This document shows positions 12,016 through 24,944 of a stretch of DNA of 64,000 bases, in pieces. The stretch is from NCBI GenBank assembly GCA_023213395.1, contig CM041465.1, forward strand, positions 131,447,741 through 131,511,740. The letters run 5' to 3'. The DNA is from Cycas panzhihuaensis (taxonomy: Eukaryota > Plantae > Cycadophyta). Numbering within the stretch: position 1 is the first letter of the stretch; each line of letters starts with the position of its first letter. Position numbers and translations under genes: made by a program. The notes under the pieces were generated by a model. The model saw only the letters and a program-made list of their open reading frames with translations. It made no database searches and had not been told where the DNA came from.

Positions 12016-14354
12016 TTCCACTATCCCTCAAAGATGTTTTTTTAAATTTTATTTTTATATAAGTATTTATTTTTTATGTAAATATTATAAGCTTCTTATG
12101 TAATCGATTAGAAGATTCTTGAGTAATAGAAGTTTTGAGGTTGTTTAAGGTTCTTATTTTCTTCTCTTGTGTTCTTATTATAAAGATTATGCTATGCTAA
12201 TTTTATTTTGAGTCAAGTCCATTTGAGAGTAATATAAGCTTTGGTTTTGTTTAAATCTTGCTTTCTTCTTTTGTACCCTCATTCTCCTCCTCATATGTCA
12301 TGAAAATGGTAATCATATTATCCTAACAGAGTAAAACGTTTATATAAATTTTAATTATTAATAAATTAGGTGCTTACTTTTCATGATGTACTATATGCGT
12401 TTAAGTAAGCTTGAGAGGCATATTATATGAAACTTTGTATTTGAATGAGTAGTTAAATAAAGTATTCATTTTCAAAATAAATTAGGCTTATAGATTTTTT
12501 TTTTAAATTATTAAATAAATTTAAAAGCTAGTTCACTTCTTTTATGTATTATATATAACAATGTTAAAATAAAATTTGGGATGTGAAACTATGTGGGTAA
12601 AAATGCACATACAATTTTGTAAAAGAATTCATAAATTTTATAAGTCTATAAATAGATGAAGTTAGACTATGAGCAGATCACAATCAGGCTACGAGTAGAT
12701 TATAGTCAGGGAAAGCAACTGCAAGTCGATAATAACTAGATTGTAATTATAAATAGATTGCAACTTGACTCACAAGTATGAGCAGATCGTAGTCATGGGC
12801 ATGATTGTAACTTAATCATAGTTGATCATAGCCTAGGTTGCAAGTACAAGCTGATTGTAATTCAAATCATGATTGCAAGTTGATCATGGTTGTGAGCTAA
12901 ACACAATTTGGGTCAAGATTACAAGCTGATCATGGTTGTAAGCTCATCGCAGTCTGGGTCTTGATTACAAGTTGATCATAGTTTGGATCTTAATTACAAG
13001 CTAATTATGGTTCAGGTCATGGTTGTGAATAGATTGTGGTTTAGATTATGGTTACGAGATGATCATGGTTGAGGTCGTGGTTGTAAGAAGATCATGGTTC
13101 AATTCATGATTGTGAGTATATCATAGTCGAGGCTATAAATATGAGCTAATCATAGTTGGGGCCACAAGTATGAGCTAATTACAGTTCCACTATCCCTCAA
13201 AGATGTTTTTTTAAATTTTATTTTTATATAAGCATTTATTTTTTATGTAAATATTATAAGCTTCTTATGTAATCGATTAGAAGATTCTTGAGTAATAGAT
13301 GTTTTGAGGTTGTTTAAGGTTCTTATTTTCTTCTCTTGTGTTCTTATTATAAAGATTATGCTATGCTAATTTTATTTTGAGTCAAGTCCATTTGAGAGTA
13401 ATATAAGCTTTGGTTTTGTTTAAATCTTGCTTTCTTCTTTTGTACCCTCATTCTCCTCCTCATATGTCATGAAAATGGTAATCATATTATCCTAACAGAG
13501 TAAAATGTTTATATAAATTTTAATTATTAATAAATTAGGTGCTTACTTTTCATGATGTACTATATGCGTTTAAGTAAGCTTGAGAGGCATATTATATAAA
13601 ACTTTGTATTTGAATGAGTAGTTAAATAAAGTATTCATTTTCAAAATAAATTAGGCTTATAGATTTTTTTTTAAATTATTAAATAAATTTAAAAGCTAGT
13701 TCACTTCTTTTATGTATTATATATAACAATGTTAAAATGAAATTTGGGATGTGAAACTGTGTGGGTAAAAATGCACATACAGTTTTGTAAAAGAATTCAT
13801 AAATTTTATAAGTCTATAAATAGATGAAGTTAGACTATGAGCAGATCGCAATCAGGCTACGAGTAGATTATAGTCAGGGAAAGCAACTGCAAATAGATAA
13901 TAACTAGATTGTAATTATAAATAGATTGCAACTTGACTCACAAGTATGAGCAGATCATAGTCATGGGCATGATTGTAACTTAATCATAGTTGATCATAGC
14001 CTAGGTTGCAAGTACAAGCTGATTGTAATTCAAATCGTGATTGCAAGTTGATCATGGTTGTGAGCTAAACACAGTTTGGGTCAAGATTACAAGCTGATCA
14101 TGGTTGTAAGCTCATCGCAGTCTGGGTCTTGATTACGAGTTGATCGTAGTTTGGGTCTTAATTACAAGCTAATTATGGTTCAGGTCATGGTTGTGAATAG
14201 ATTGTGGTTTAGATTATGGTTACAAGATGATCATGGTTGAGGTCGTGGTTGTAAGAAGATCATGGTTTAATTCATGATTGTGAGTATATCATAGTCGAGG
14301 CTATAAATATGAGCTAATTGTAGTTGGGGCCACAAGTATGAGCTAATTGCAGTT
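12016..14354. repeat. Near-identical tandem duplication, unit ~1169 bp (flank plus first ~595 bp of the element A 5' LTR)
   Basis: TTCCACTATCCCTCAAAGATG occurs at 12016 and 13185. The copies differ only by scattered substitutions. Confidence 0.97.
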
Positions 14355-14784
14355 AACATTACAAGCTGATTATAATCTAAACATAATTATGAGCAAGTTG
14401 TAATTAAAGACTATAATCTAAGAGTAAACTAAATGTATTTTTGAATATTAATTGATGTAATGAGCCAACTATTATTAGTTGTTTTTAGTTGTAATTAATA
14501 GTGGTTGAAACCATTGAAATGTTGTAAATAAATAAGGATGGGATAATATGTCTATGTATATGGGATGAGAGGGGTTTAAACATCATTTCGCTAAAGTCTT
14601 ATTATTGTAAGCTTGATTAGCTAGTCAGCTTTCTATGTATCACTAGGTCTGCATTCTGTTGTGAGAAGGTCAAACACAATTCCCTATGTTAATGATATTA
14701 TGTTTTGCATTATGATGGGTGTTTCTTATACTTACCTTATTCATTCGGTTAATGACTTATAGATGAATAAGTGGATGATACACA
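13758..14784 (+). repeat. 5' LTR of element A, containing a degenerate 29-bp tandem array
   Basis: Homologous to 44998-46047. Units such as TTACAAGCTAATTATGGTTCAGGTCATGG repeat over ~13840-14420. Confidence 0.9.
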
Positions 14785-14785
14785 T

Positions 14786-14800
14786 TGGTTCTATTGCCTA
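14786..14800 (+). promoter_or_regulatory. Primer-binding site of element A, probably tRNA-Glu
   Basis: TGGTTCTATTGCC lies 1 nt after the LTR. It is a plausible CpG-decayed form of TGGTTCCGTTGCCGGG, the complement of the plant tRNA-Glu 3' end. Confidence 0.55.
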
Positions 14801-16316
14801 ATAAAAGTCGAGTGAATGAAAATGACATAATAAACAAAGATGAATAAACAAATGGGACCACTTCCATACCACCCAAGGTAGAAAAGGAATCACAAAGAGA
14901 ATGCATAGAGTGATAGGATAATGATAGACTCTAGATAGGAGTAAGAAAATAAAGATTTATAATCATGCTAAGGAAGTAAGTGAAGAGGCGACTAGTTGCT
15001 AACTTGATTAGAAGGAGAAAATCAAGTGTGGAAGGTAAAAGGTAAACAGAGGCGAAAATAATTAGAGAGTCTATCAAAGAAAAGACAATATAAGTTAAAG
15101 ATAACTAATGGTATGCATTAGAAGAGGATCCCATTGGAATAGAAGTCTAAGAGAGAAAAAGTAATAAAGACCTTATTGAAGATTTACCATCTCAAGAAGG
15201 TAAAAATAGTTCAATTGAATTAAAATTATATAGTATAATAGAGAGGGAGTGGAACCATCATTGGTTGGAAGTCAAAACCCCTTTAAGTCACATTTTAAAT
15301 CCTTTGTTTAAGTCAACAATGGTAAGTGAGGAGGGAGTGCAGGACGTGAAATCCCATCGTCAAACCAATTGCCTTTTACCAATGCGAGACGAAGTGATAA
15401 TTAACCATTGAATAGAATGGGTCAAAGGAGTAGAGCAGAACTAGTCAAGCCTTGTATTATTATACAAAATGATTCTGTCTTTTCAAGCATACAATTTGAT
15501 GGATCTATAGAGTCATGAGATCATTTAGTATTATTTAAAAACATACTAAAAATAAAGAAAGTCACAAACCCAAAGAAGATAAAAGCTTTATTTTTTTCCC
15601 ACATTACATGACGTAGTAATTATATGGTTCTAGTATATTGCAATATATAACTTATCATGAGAAAGATTATAAGATTAATTTTGGATCAATTCCAAAAATT
15701 GATAGATCCCATGGCCATCTTTCATGCCTTAGAGGAAATAAAGTAATATCTTGGAGAGTCTATAAATGATTTTAATGGTTGAATAAGGATAGTAATAAAC
15801 AAGATGCAACTCATAATGACAATTAACCTGATGTTAGTAATGAAATATTTTATTTGAGGCTTAATCCCACAATTAAAGGATAAAGTTATATTGCACCTAA
15901 TAAATAACTATGAACAAGTATGTGAGTTAGCCATGAAGTTTGAAAATCAAATGAAGACTACGTACTCTCAATAAGTAGTTTAATATATAGGACAACTGGG
16001 TCCAACTTTTCCTCAATCATCATTAGGAGTGTAAACATAAGAAACATATAATCAAACACTCTAGATGGGAACAAATATAGAGATTGAAGCATTGAGAAAA
16101 GAGATGGAAGACTTGAAACAACAATCGTTAGTATTAATACTTGCTAACGTGCACCAAAATTAAGAAATAGAAAAATTACGTGTAGAGTTAGCTAGATTGT
16201 ATCTGAAAAACTCACATGATAATATGTGGTGCCCCCCATCTTGCAATTAGTAAGGTCATTTAAGGAATAAACATGATAAAACATCAATGTAGTATGAATA
16301 TTATAAAAAAACTAAC

Positions 16317-19300
16317 TGGAATCGCATTTATGGGATGGTAACCATATTTGGTTATGATTGGGTTAATCAACAAAGTGTTTCAGAATCTAAGGTCAATCTG
16401 ACAAGTGAGAAAGATCACCCACATAGGGCATCCGTGCGTTAGAATGCAAGTTCAGGACCTACGAATGGTGCACAACTCCCTTTTAGATAACTCAACTTTA
16501 GTTCTAAGGGTAAAAGGAGTGAGGGATATCCTTGGTTTCCTGAGTAACCTCAAGTAGGTCCTCCCACCCTTGGATGGTCGAAGGAGGGAGGTAAGGTCAA
16601 ATGAGGGAATGGCTCCTCGCTGAAGGAAAAGTGTGTAAATGAGGTGTTTTCAAACAAACAATGCAGGAGGTGCACGCTTATGGAAAGGAGATTGGGTAAC
16701 CACCCCACGAGCGGAACCAACCCAAAAGGAAGGGTGCTAAGGCTACCTAGCTACTACAGATATGACAAGATGGGGGGGGAACGACCTAGAGGTAAGGTCT
16801 TCCCTAATCCAACATACCCAAGGTGGGCTTGGGGATGTGAGGTGACAACAAAAAGGGGTTTTCACCATTTTGAGTATAAAGGTTTTGGTGCTCTATGTGT
16901 TGTGGTGAAGTGGTAGATGTATTGTTATGTTTGTTACAAATGGGAGAAAAATATAAACTCATAAATAAGCTCTCATTTACTCTCTAATATAACAACCTCA
17001 CTCTCCTTTCGATTTTTTATGAAAGAAAGAAAAGAAACAGAGAGGTTAGTCAAATATTTACAAACATACATGCAAGGGGTATAAGGCCAAACAAAGGGAC
17101 ATGCAACCAAGTGAGGAAGTAAAAGAATGCGATTCCTACTTCATGCACTTCCCTAGATGAGTAAAGGAATTAAAACACAGGCAAATGATGGATGTAGGAT
17201 TATTTCTTTACTCTTTGTCCTTTTTTATTTCACGTATGCAAGCAAACAAATTTTAAATAAGAGAAATAGAGTTACAAGAAAAGAGGTGGCAGTGCACTTG
17301 GAAGATCGCACGACCAGATGAATATGTTCCCTCATGTTGCACTCGCTTCCCTCTTCCTTTCCCCAAATGTGAGTGGCGTAGAGCGGTGGTGTTGGGGCTT
17401 ACTTACCTTCCCCAAGTAGAAAAGGAAAAAAGTAAGAAAGGAAAAGAGAAATGGATATATAAAAACATTAGAAAGTAATAAGGAAATAAAGGAGAAAGAT
17501 GTACCCAGGATGACATGCTTCTTCCTCCTCCACGCGTGGTGTAGCAAGAACCTACAATCAAAGAGTATTTCCCTTTCCCAAGGGGTTGCTAGGGTACAAG
17601 ATATATATGTATACAAAAGTATATAAACTGATACCAACAAGTATTTTAATCGAGTAAAACTCTTAGTTAAGAGACAATTTCCAACCTTCTCTATGCTAGT
17701 AAGATAAGAAAATGAATGGAGATGGTTAGCCTCGGAATGGATAACCCTCCAAAACACACACCTCCACGTTGTATAAGCACATAAACAATAGGTAATGACA
17801 GAATAATAGAGGCTAAATATATGATCGACGGGCTATAAAAGGGCTACAAATTTTGCTAATATTACAAAAGTCACGATGCACAACTTTTGTAACCCAAGAT
17901 TAATCCAACACCCAAAGGCAAGGTGGGGTATGATTGGGGGTTATAATCTTTGCCTATGTAAGGCTCACAAGGATGGAGCAAGTGTAGTAATGGGCTACAT
18001 ATGCTACTACTAACAATGGCTTCTCTTCTAAGAGCTCTTTGGTAGCCCAAGGGAAGCACATATGAGGGAGAGGAAAAGGGGAGAAGGGGGTTGCCCTTGA
18101 GAAGAAGGCCTTACTAGGTTATGGAACCTACCTTGGCTCCTTTCACTTATCTTTTTGAGACCTCTTCATCGCTGCCTCCTTGGAGAAACCAAGGAAGAGC
18201 AGGAAGGTATGGAGGACAGACAAAGAAAGATGGAGGGGATGCCTCCTTTGCACAATGGAAAACTGGAGAAAAGAGGGGGTATACAGGGTGTTTCTATCAC
18301 TTTTAAGGAACTTAAAAGGAACAAAATGAAATAAGAATGGGGGAATACCTGCTATAGATGAATTAGGAATAGATTTACCTGAGAAAATAGTAGAGAAAGG
18401 TAGTCCTACAGGGTTTGTAGGTGACTATGAAATATGGAGAGATAACCTTGGCAGAGTACAATACTTGTGCTTGGAGGTAAGCCTTGGAGCGTGTCTTACT
18501 TGAAGAGGCCTTATCTTAGGCTTGATGCCATGGATCTGAGCTATAAAGGACTGATCTCATGCTGGAACATAGGTATGTCAGGTATTGTAGGGCGTTTCTA
18601 CAAGAAAGGACCTATGAGAGAGCAAGCAGAGATGATAGAGAAGTGGAAGAAGAGAGTCTAAGAGAGAAAAAATGATGTCTTTATGGGTTTTAAACTTAAC
18701 CCTAGCTCAATTGAGCGATTAGGATTCAACTAGGGCTGGAAATACAAATTAGCCACATGGCAATTTCACAATAAATGCAAAATATTCCATAGCATATTTT
18801 AAAAAATAGTTTATGACAGTTGCCTCGCAGTAAATTTCATGGTACTGCGAAGTCTACCCCAGTACCATGATATTTATCGTGGCGCAGCGATAACATAAAA
18901 GACATAAAGAGCAGAAGGAGATGGGAGCCCTAAAAGAAGGTACTCTAGGCTTAGGAGGGTCTGACCCTCTATCCAAATGGCTAAGGACAATCATGAGGAA
19001 GAAATGACCTACGCTGGATGGAGCACCAAAGAGATAGAGTTCCCAAGGGGTTGGCAAATGGGTAAGAATATACCAATCACACCTAGCAACGTGCTAAAAG
19101 CTATGATGTGTCAATGGGGTTGTGAACAGATCACAAGGGCTCGTTAGTGCTTGGGACAACATGGAGATGCATAGGAGGGTCATGGAGTGCCATTGGGATC
19201 CATGTCCCGAGTCATCATAGGCTAGAATAATGTCAAGCAATATGATCAAGTAGCAGACGTAAGATGATCACTCAAATAAATTAATTAGTCATGTAGTGGA

Positions 19301-19413
19301 AAATAGATGCTTCAATTTACCTTTCTCAAGAATTGACAAAGGTAAAGGATAGAAGCGTACCTACACTTACCTGACTTGACTCACCAAAACCCATTCTCAA
19401 TAGCTAGGAAACA
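16317..19413 (-). repeat. 3' LTR of element B (~3.1 kb)
   Basis: Collinear with 35003-38084. Hand count gives 9 differences in the first 64 nt, mostly transitions. Confidence 0.95.
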
Positions 19414-19929
19414 CTGCTCCCTTGGTAGAAGAGCCTCTCTACTTGGAGGCACAACACGATGGCGAATGTTGGTAACATAATGTTAGTGACATATATATAC
19501 AAACAAACATAACAATGGTATGAGCCAAGGGTGATGATAAGTGTCATGGCAGAATGTGTTGGCGTGGAGGTGAGGGCGAAACAACATAGGGGTTGCCTAT
19601 GTGTCACCCTATAGTCAACTGGCAATGATGATGGATGAGGGAGATGTCCCCATTGTAGGAGTATAAGAAAAAGATGGTGATGACCACACACATGATTAGA
19701 CAGATGTCATGAATAAGGTGTTACATATATAAATAAGTCAAAATAATAGGGATTATGTGCTAAGAGTAGGGTAAAGAGACAAACCTAGTGGTTGCCTTAG
19801 TTTAACCTCATTAGCAGTAGACTTTCAAAGGTGTGAATAGATCGTGATGTGAAGGAAGGGATAACCCGAGACTTGGGTGCCTGAGCAACCAGACAAGTCT
19901 CTCAATGGGGGTCACTAAGTAGAGGGAGG

Positions 19930-20360
19930 CGATGCTCAAGGACGAGATGAACCAGGCTGTCTGCCTCATCGTTGAGAGCCCAAGGAATGTGTTGGATGTC
20001 AATAGAAGGAAAATAAGCCAACAAGGACCTAACGATCAAGGTGAGGGCTCTCAAGCATAGGCAATGCACTTGGTAGACTTGGGTGAGATGGGATACCGCA
20101 ACCTAAGAGTCATAAAAGAGGATGATAGGTCCATGGTGGAAGTAGAGCGCATCAGTAAGGGCCTCAATAACAATTGTGTATTTAGCTTTGTTATTAGTGG
20201 CTTCAATAATAACTGTGTATTCAACTTCATTATTAGTGGCTTTAGGAAGGAAGATCCTAAAATGCATGAAGTCATATCCACAAGGGTCATAGAGAATCCA
20301 TGCGATGGCAGAAGGGCCTAGGCTGCCATGGCTTCTACCATCGGTGAAGACAAGCAACGT
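19930..20360 (-). pseudogene. Archaeal-type RNase HI (aRH) domain, copy 1, stand-alone in the 3' region of B
   Basis: LLVFTDGRSHGSLGPSAIAWILYD...ATNNEVEYTVIIEATNNKAKYTIVIEALTDAL...FYDS...QHIPWALNDEADSL. The D-E-D-D catalytic pattern is present, and TGG is likely a decayed CGG (HIPR.LN..AD). Confidence 0.85.
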
Positions 20361-20933
20361 TATGGTAGAAGGAATGGAGGTCTCGATAGGGTAAATCAAG
20401 GAAAAAGAGTACTAACAGGGTTGATGGGCGAAAAGGACTCAATGAAGGGAAGCAATTATGAGGGACTCAAGCAGCTATCAATAGGGGCTGTGAAGGGTAA
20501 GAGGACCCAAGGGTGAGGTTACCCGAGGACGAGGAAACTGATTTAGCAGACGAGATGGAAACGATAGTGAAAAGACCCCTCCGGGGTCCCAAAGCTCACT
20601 AAAGGAAGCGGGGTGTGATCTTGGATGGGGAGGGCACTTCCTTTGGGAGCCCTAGAGATATGAACGGGTAGCAAAAATGGGTTTAGGATGGTAAAATAAG
20701 CCAAATGAGTATAAACTCGGGTATGTTTGGAGATGGCACAAAAATCAAGACAGAAGGGGCCTCATAAGGCTAAAAGGGGATGCCATAAATGCACCCAAAG
20801 GATAAAAAGAAAAGAGGGCCACAGAGGCAAAATGGGAGATGAACCCAGAAAGCAAAGGTAACCAAGGGAGAGAGATGGTCCCAAGGGCTATCATAGCAAG
20901 AGAAAAGGAGGAGGTGCCCATCAGGGCACTCGC

Positions 20934-20943
20934 CTATATAAGG
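20934..20943. promoter_or_regulatory. Candidate TATA box between the divergent aRH and PMD genes (copy 2 at ~24776-24785)
   Basis: CCTATATAAGG reads TATATA on both strands. A pyrimidine patch lies ~30 nt downstream on the minus strand. Conserved in both cassette copies. Confidence 0.5.
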
Positions 20944-21102
20944 AAAACTCGATGAAAATGGGATTCATTTTCATGGGCTCACAATTGATTCAGAGCCCTT
21001 TTTCTTATGCAGCAGAGCACCACCTAACTTTAGAGGCATGCAGAGTGAGATCATACCATTAGATCAGGATGCGAAGATAGCTAGTAGGACTGGGGAGATG
21101 AG

Positions 21103-23493
21103 ATGGTGGTAGCTAGGTTAGATCTAGTGAGTGGATCACACCTTATCCTATCCATTTCATCATTTGAATGTGATGTGTTTTTAAGTTTTTGTTAGGCAAT
21201 TTTAGGCCTCTTAAGGGAAAACTGGGATCTCCTAGAGCCTGAATTAGGCCTAGAGAGAGGGGGGAGTAGGGCATTATGTAGCCTTAGTCCCGGTAGGCCC
21301 GAGTATAGCCCAACCTGGAAAAAAATTTGGGTTTTTTAGGTGGAAAACCCCCCTTTTTATGGGGATGTGAGTTGGCCCTGTGGCAAAGATTATAGTGCCA
21401 CAAAATTTGTTGCGAGGCTACTATATTTATGCTCAAAACTCAGCGGGGCCCATGCTAAACTCTGGGGTACTACGTAGTTTAATGTAGTACGAAGGTAGAC
21501 CAACTAAAAAGGTAAAGGATGGCTTGAAGGAGTGTGAAACTCAGCTAAGAGGGGGTGAGGGGCACTCCTGAAGGTCGAAAGATAAGTACATGGTTATTCT
21601 GACGAGTTTTTGGGTGTTTAACAGGTGGCTATCACGGCAGACAACCATGAGAACATCGGCGTGGCAATGATGAGCTTTATAGAGATGATGTCTCTTGGGG
21701 ATAGGTAGACACTAGGGAGATGTAGCCTACTGAAGGTGATCAGGACGCCATAGTATGCTTCAGACCAGCGTCTACTGGTTGACATCATCTTGTACTAGTA
21801 TCACATGTGACATGTGTTTTACCTCCCCTATGTAGGGGACATTATCATCACACTAGGAGACATCTAAAGTATCTTGGGAGTACCAGCGACAAGAGAACTA
21901 GCGTCGCTAGGGGTGCTACTTAACAATGATGTTACACACAGGGAGGGTGCCACTTTCTTCACAGGTTAAGACAGGTGGGAGAGGAGAGGGATACCTGTTC
22001 AGAGCATGGTTATATCGTAGATTCCTCAGGTGAGGAAGTTAATCACATTATGCATTTTATTTCAGATATCCCAGAAATAGAACTATAGAGACATTCCCGG
22101 CAGCTGGATGGAGACAGTGAGGAGATGTGAGGCCAGGGAGAGGATACACTAGGCTACTCTGATAGCAACGAACTTGATCACCTGATAGTGACAAATCTAA
22201 TTACCTAGTTAGATGCCATCAGGGTAGGAGGGCCACACCCTATCTTAGCATGGGCTCCTATGGTCCACAGGTGGCAAACTCAGTTTAGGGGGATTGAGGA
22301 TCAGGTGCACGTTTGACACTCAGCGGAGGTGACATCACTGGACCTCCTCAGTATGGCAGATTATACAGAAGACCTATATAGAGGGGTGAGGTGGGATAAT
22401 GATGATGAGGTAGGAGAAGTGAGAGGAGCCAGAGGTGGCCCTAGAGGAGATGATGATGATGGTGGTAATGACGGGGGTGATGGGGCAGGCCTATCAGGAG
22501 CAACAGGTAGCAAGGTAGGTCCATCAGGAGTTACAGGAGGAGAGGTGGGTCCCTCAAGAGATGCATGGAGAGGCAAGCCACCACGAACACTAGTTAAGAG
22601 ACTAAGGATAGTCAGGAGGGCCTGAGCAGTGGTGGCGGCTATAACTAAGGAGGATGGAGGCGACACTCTGGTAGGCCAGGTCGTCGGCGAGGTGGTACTA
22701 GAGGAGGAAGAGGTACTAGTAGTTAGGGGAGGTCCCGAGGAGGAGATGGTTGTTAGAGTCAAGGAGTTGGTAGTCCCAGGAGATGAGACACTACCTTTCC
22801 CTGTCGTCTTTTGATCACTAGGTATCTAGATGCTTTACTTTGATTTGGTTTATTTGGTATACATATATGGATGTGCATACTAACATATGGTGTATTTGGC
22901 TTTGCAGGAGTAGTGGAGATAGGGAGATTGGTTGAGGCGGTAGTCTGGCAGATGTTTCCCTGGGCCTATGCAGAGGGGCAACCTCCCATCTAGGCAGGAG
23001 AGGAGCCATTTTTAGAAGGGGCTCATATAATGGCATTTGCCCCATTGATCAGGGTAAGGGATGTGTGCGTAGCAGAGTCCCAAGAGCACCAAGTGAGAGT
23101 GGGATAGCTATAGGGAGAGTTGGATAGGACTAGAGTAGATAGAGACACCCTACGAGGTCAGGTCCAGGCATTAGAGGCTTAGGGAAGAGCAAGTGGGGAT
23201 GCAGAGAGTCACATCTGAGTGGCAGTACCAGAGAAGCATCTCTGGTGGATGGAGGAGAGGCTCTGAAGGGCAAAGAGTGAGAAAGATCATATCTAGTCAT
23301 GATATGATCAACTGGTAGACCGGATGGCATCAAGGTCATCGCAGAGTAAGACTTATACCCATACGATGGCGATAACCATGAGGAGGCCTTGAGACGAGGG
23401 GAGCGAGGTGGGGAGCTCCTAGACGTGCAGGAGGAGTTTAGGAGGTATGTGGTCCCCTAGGGAGGGATTACATTGACCAAAGGACAGTGTGCC
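21103..23493 (+). pseudogene. Spliced plant mobile domain (PMD, aminotransferase-like) gene antisense to element B, copy 1, 3' end cut by the duplication breakpoint
   Basis: LLKVIRTP.YASDQRLLVDIIL...HVFYLPYVGDIIITLGDI.SILGVP. Introns 21127-21624 (GTGAGT..CTGAC..AACAG) and 22822-22907 (GTATCT..TACTAAC..TTTGCAG). Confidence 0.78.
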
Positions 23494-23774
23494 CCTATCA
23501 TAGGAGTACAAGAGAAGGGTGGTGATGACCACACACAGGATTAGACATATGTCATGCATAAGGTATTACATGCATAAATAAGTCAAAATAGTGGGGATTA
23601 TGTGCTAAGAGTAGGGTAAAGAGACAAACCTGGTGGTTGCCCTAGTTTAACCTCATTAGTGATCAACTTTCAGAGGTGTGAATGGATCATGATGTGAAGG
23701 AAGGGATAAACTAAGACTTGGGTGTCTAGGAAACCAGACAAGTCTCTCAATAGGGGTCACTAAGTAGAGGGAGA

Positions 23775-24202
23775 CGACACTCAAGGACGAGACAAACCAA
23801 GCTATCTACCTTGGAGTTGAGAGCCCAAGGAATGTGTTGGATGTCAACAGAAGGAAAATAAGCCAACAGGGACCTGTCGATCAAGGTGAGGGCTCTCAAG
23901 CGTGGGCAATGCACTTGGTAGGCCTAAGTGAGATGGGATACCACCTGAGAGTCATAGAAGAGGATGATGGGTCCACGGTGGAAGTAGAGCGCATCGGTAA
24001 GGGCCTCAATAACAATTGTATATTTAGCTTCATTATTGGTGGCTTTAATAACAACTATGTATTTAACTTCATTATTGGTGGCTTTGAGAAGGAAGATCTC
24101 AAAATGCATGAAGTTATATCTAGAAGGGTCATAGAGAATCCATGCGGTGGTGGAAAGGCCTGGGTTAGCATGGATTCTACTGTCGATGAAGACGAGTAAC
24201 AT
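23775..24202 (-). pseudogene. aRH domain, copy 2
   Basis: LLVFIDSRIHANPGLSTTAWILYD..ATNNEVKY..ATNNEAKYTIVIEALTDAL..FYDSQVVSHL..HIPWALN. Confidence 0.85.
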
Positions 24203-24944
24203 TATGGTAGAAGGAATGGAGGTCTAGATAGGGCAAATCGAGGAAAAATAATGTTAACAGGGTTGATGGGCGAAAAGGACTCAATGAAGGGAAGCAATCG
24301 TGAGGGACTCAAATGACTATCAATAGGGGCTGTGAAGGGTAAGAGGACCCAAGGGTGAGGCAACCCGAGGACAAGGAAATTGATTTGGTAGACGAGAAGG
24401 AAACGATGGTGAAAAGGCCCCTCCGTGGTCCCAAAGGTCACTAAAGGGAGCGAGGCATTATCCTGGATGGGGAGGGTGCTTCCTTTAGGAGCCCTAGAGA
24501 TATGAACGGGCAGCAAAAATGGTTTCAGGATGGTAAAACAAGCTAAATGAGTATAAACTCAGGTATGTTTAGAGATGGTACAAAAATTGAGAGAGAAGGG
24601 GCCTCGCAAGGCTAAAAGGGGATGCCATAAATGCACCCAGAGGATAAGAAGAAAAGAGGGCTACAAAGGCAAAATGGGAGACAGACCCAGAAAGTGAAGG
24701 TAACCAGGGAAGAGAGATGGTCCCAAGGGCTATCGCAATAAGAGAAAAGGAGGAGGTGCCCATCAGGGCTCCTGCATATATAAGGAAAATGCAGAGAAAA
24801 TGGGATTTATTTTCATGGGCTCACGATCGATTCAGAGCCCTTTTCCTTACGCAACAGAGTGCCACCTAACTTTAGAGGCATGCAGGGGGAGATCAAACCA
24901 TTAGATTAGGACACGAAGATAACCAGTAGGACCAGGAAGACAAG

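Noticed and set aside
12670-14420. CRISPR-like array
   Set aside because: These are degenerate tandem units with no unique spacers, inside a eukaryotic LTR.
16644-19057. Short ORFs within the element B LTRs (also 35432-37732)
   Set aside because: They have no recognisable domain, and their stops and frames differ between the two LTRs.
22329-22814. Gly/Asp-rich and Pro/Ser-rich ORFs as separate genes (also 26147-26667)
   Set aside because: They are the low-complexity middle of the PMD gene and its antisense shadow.
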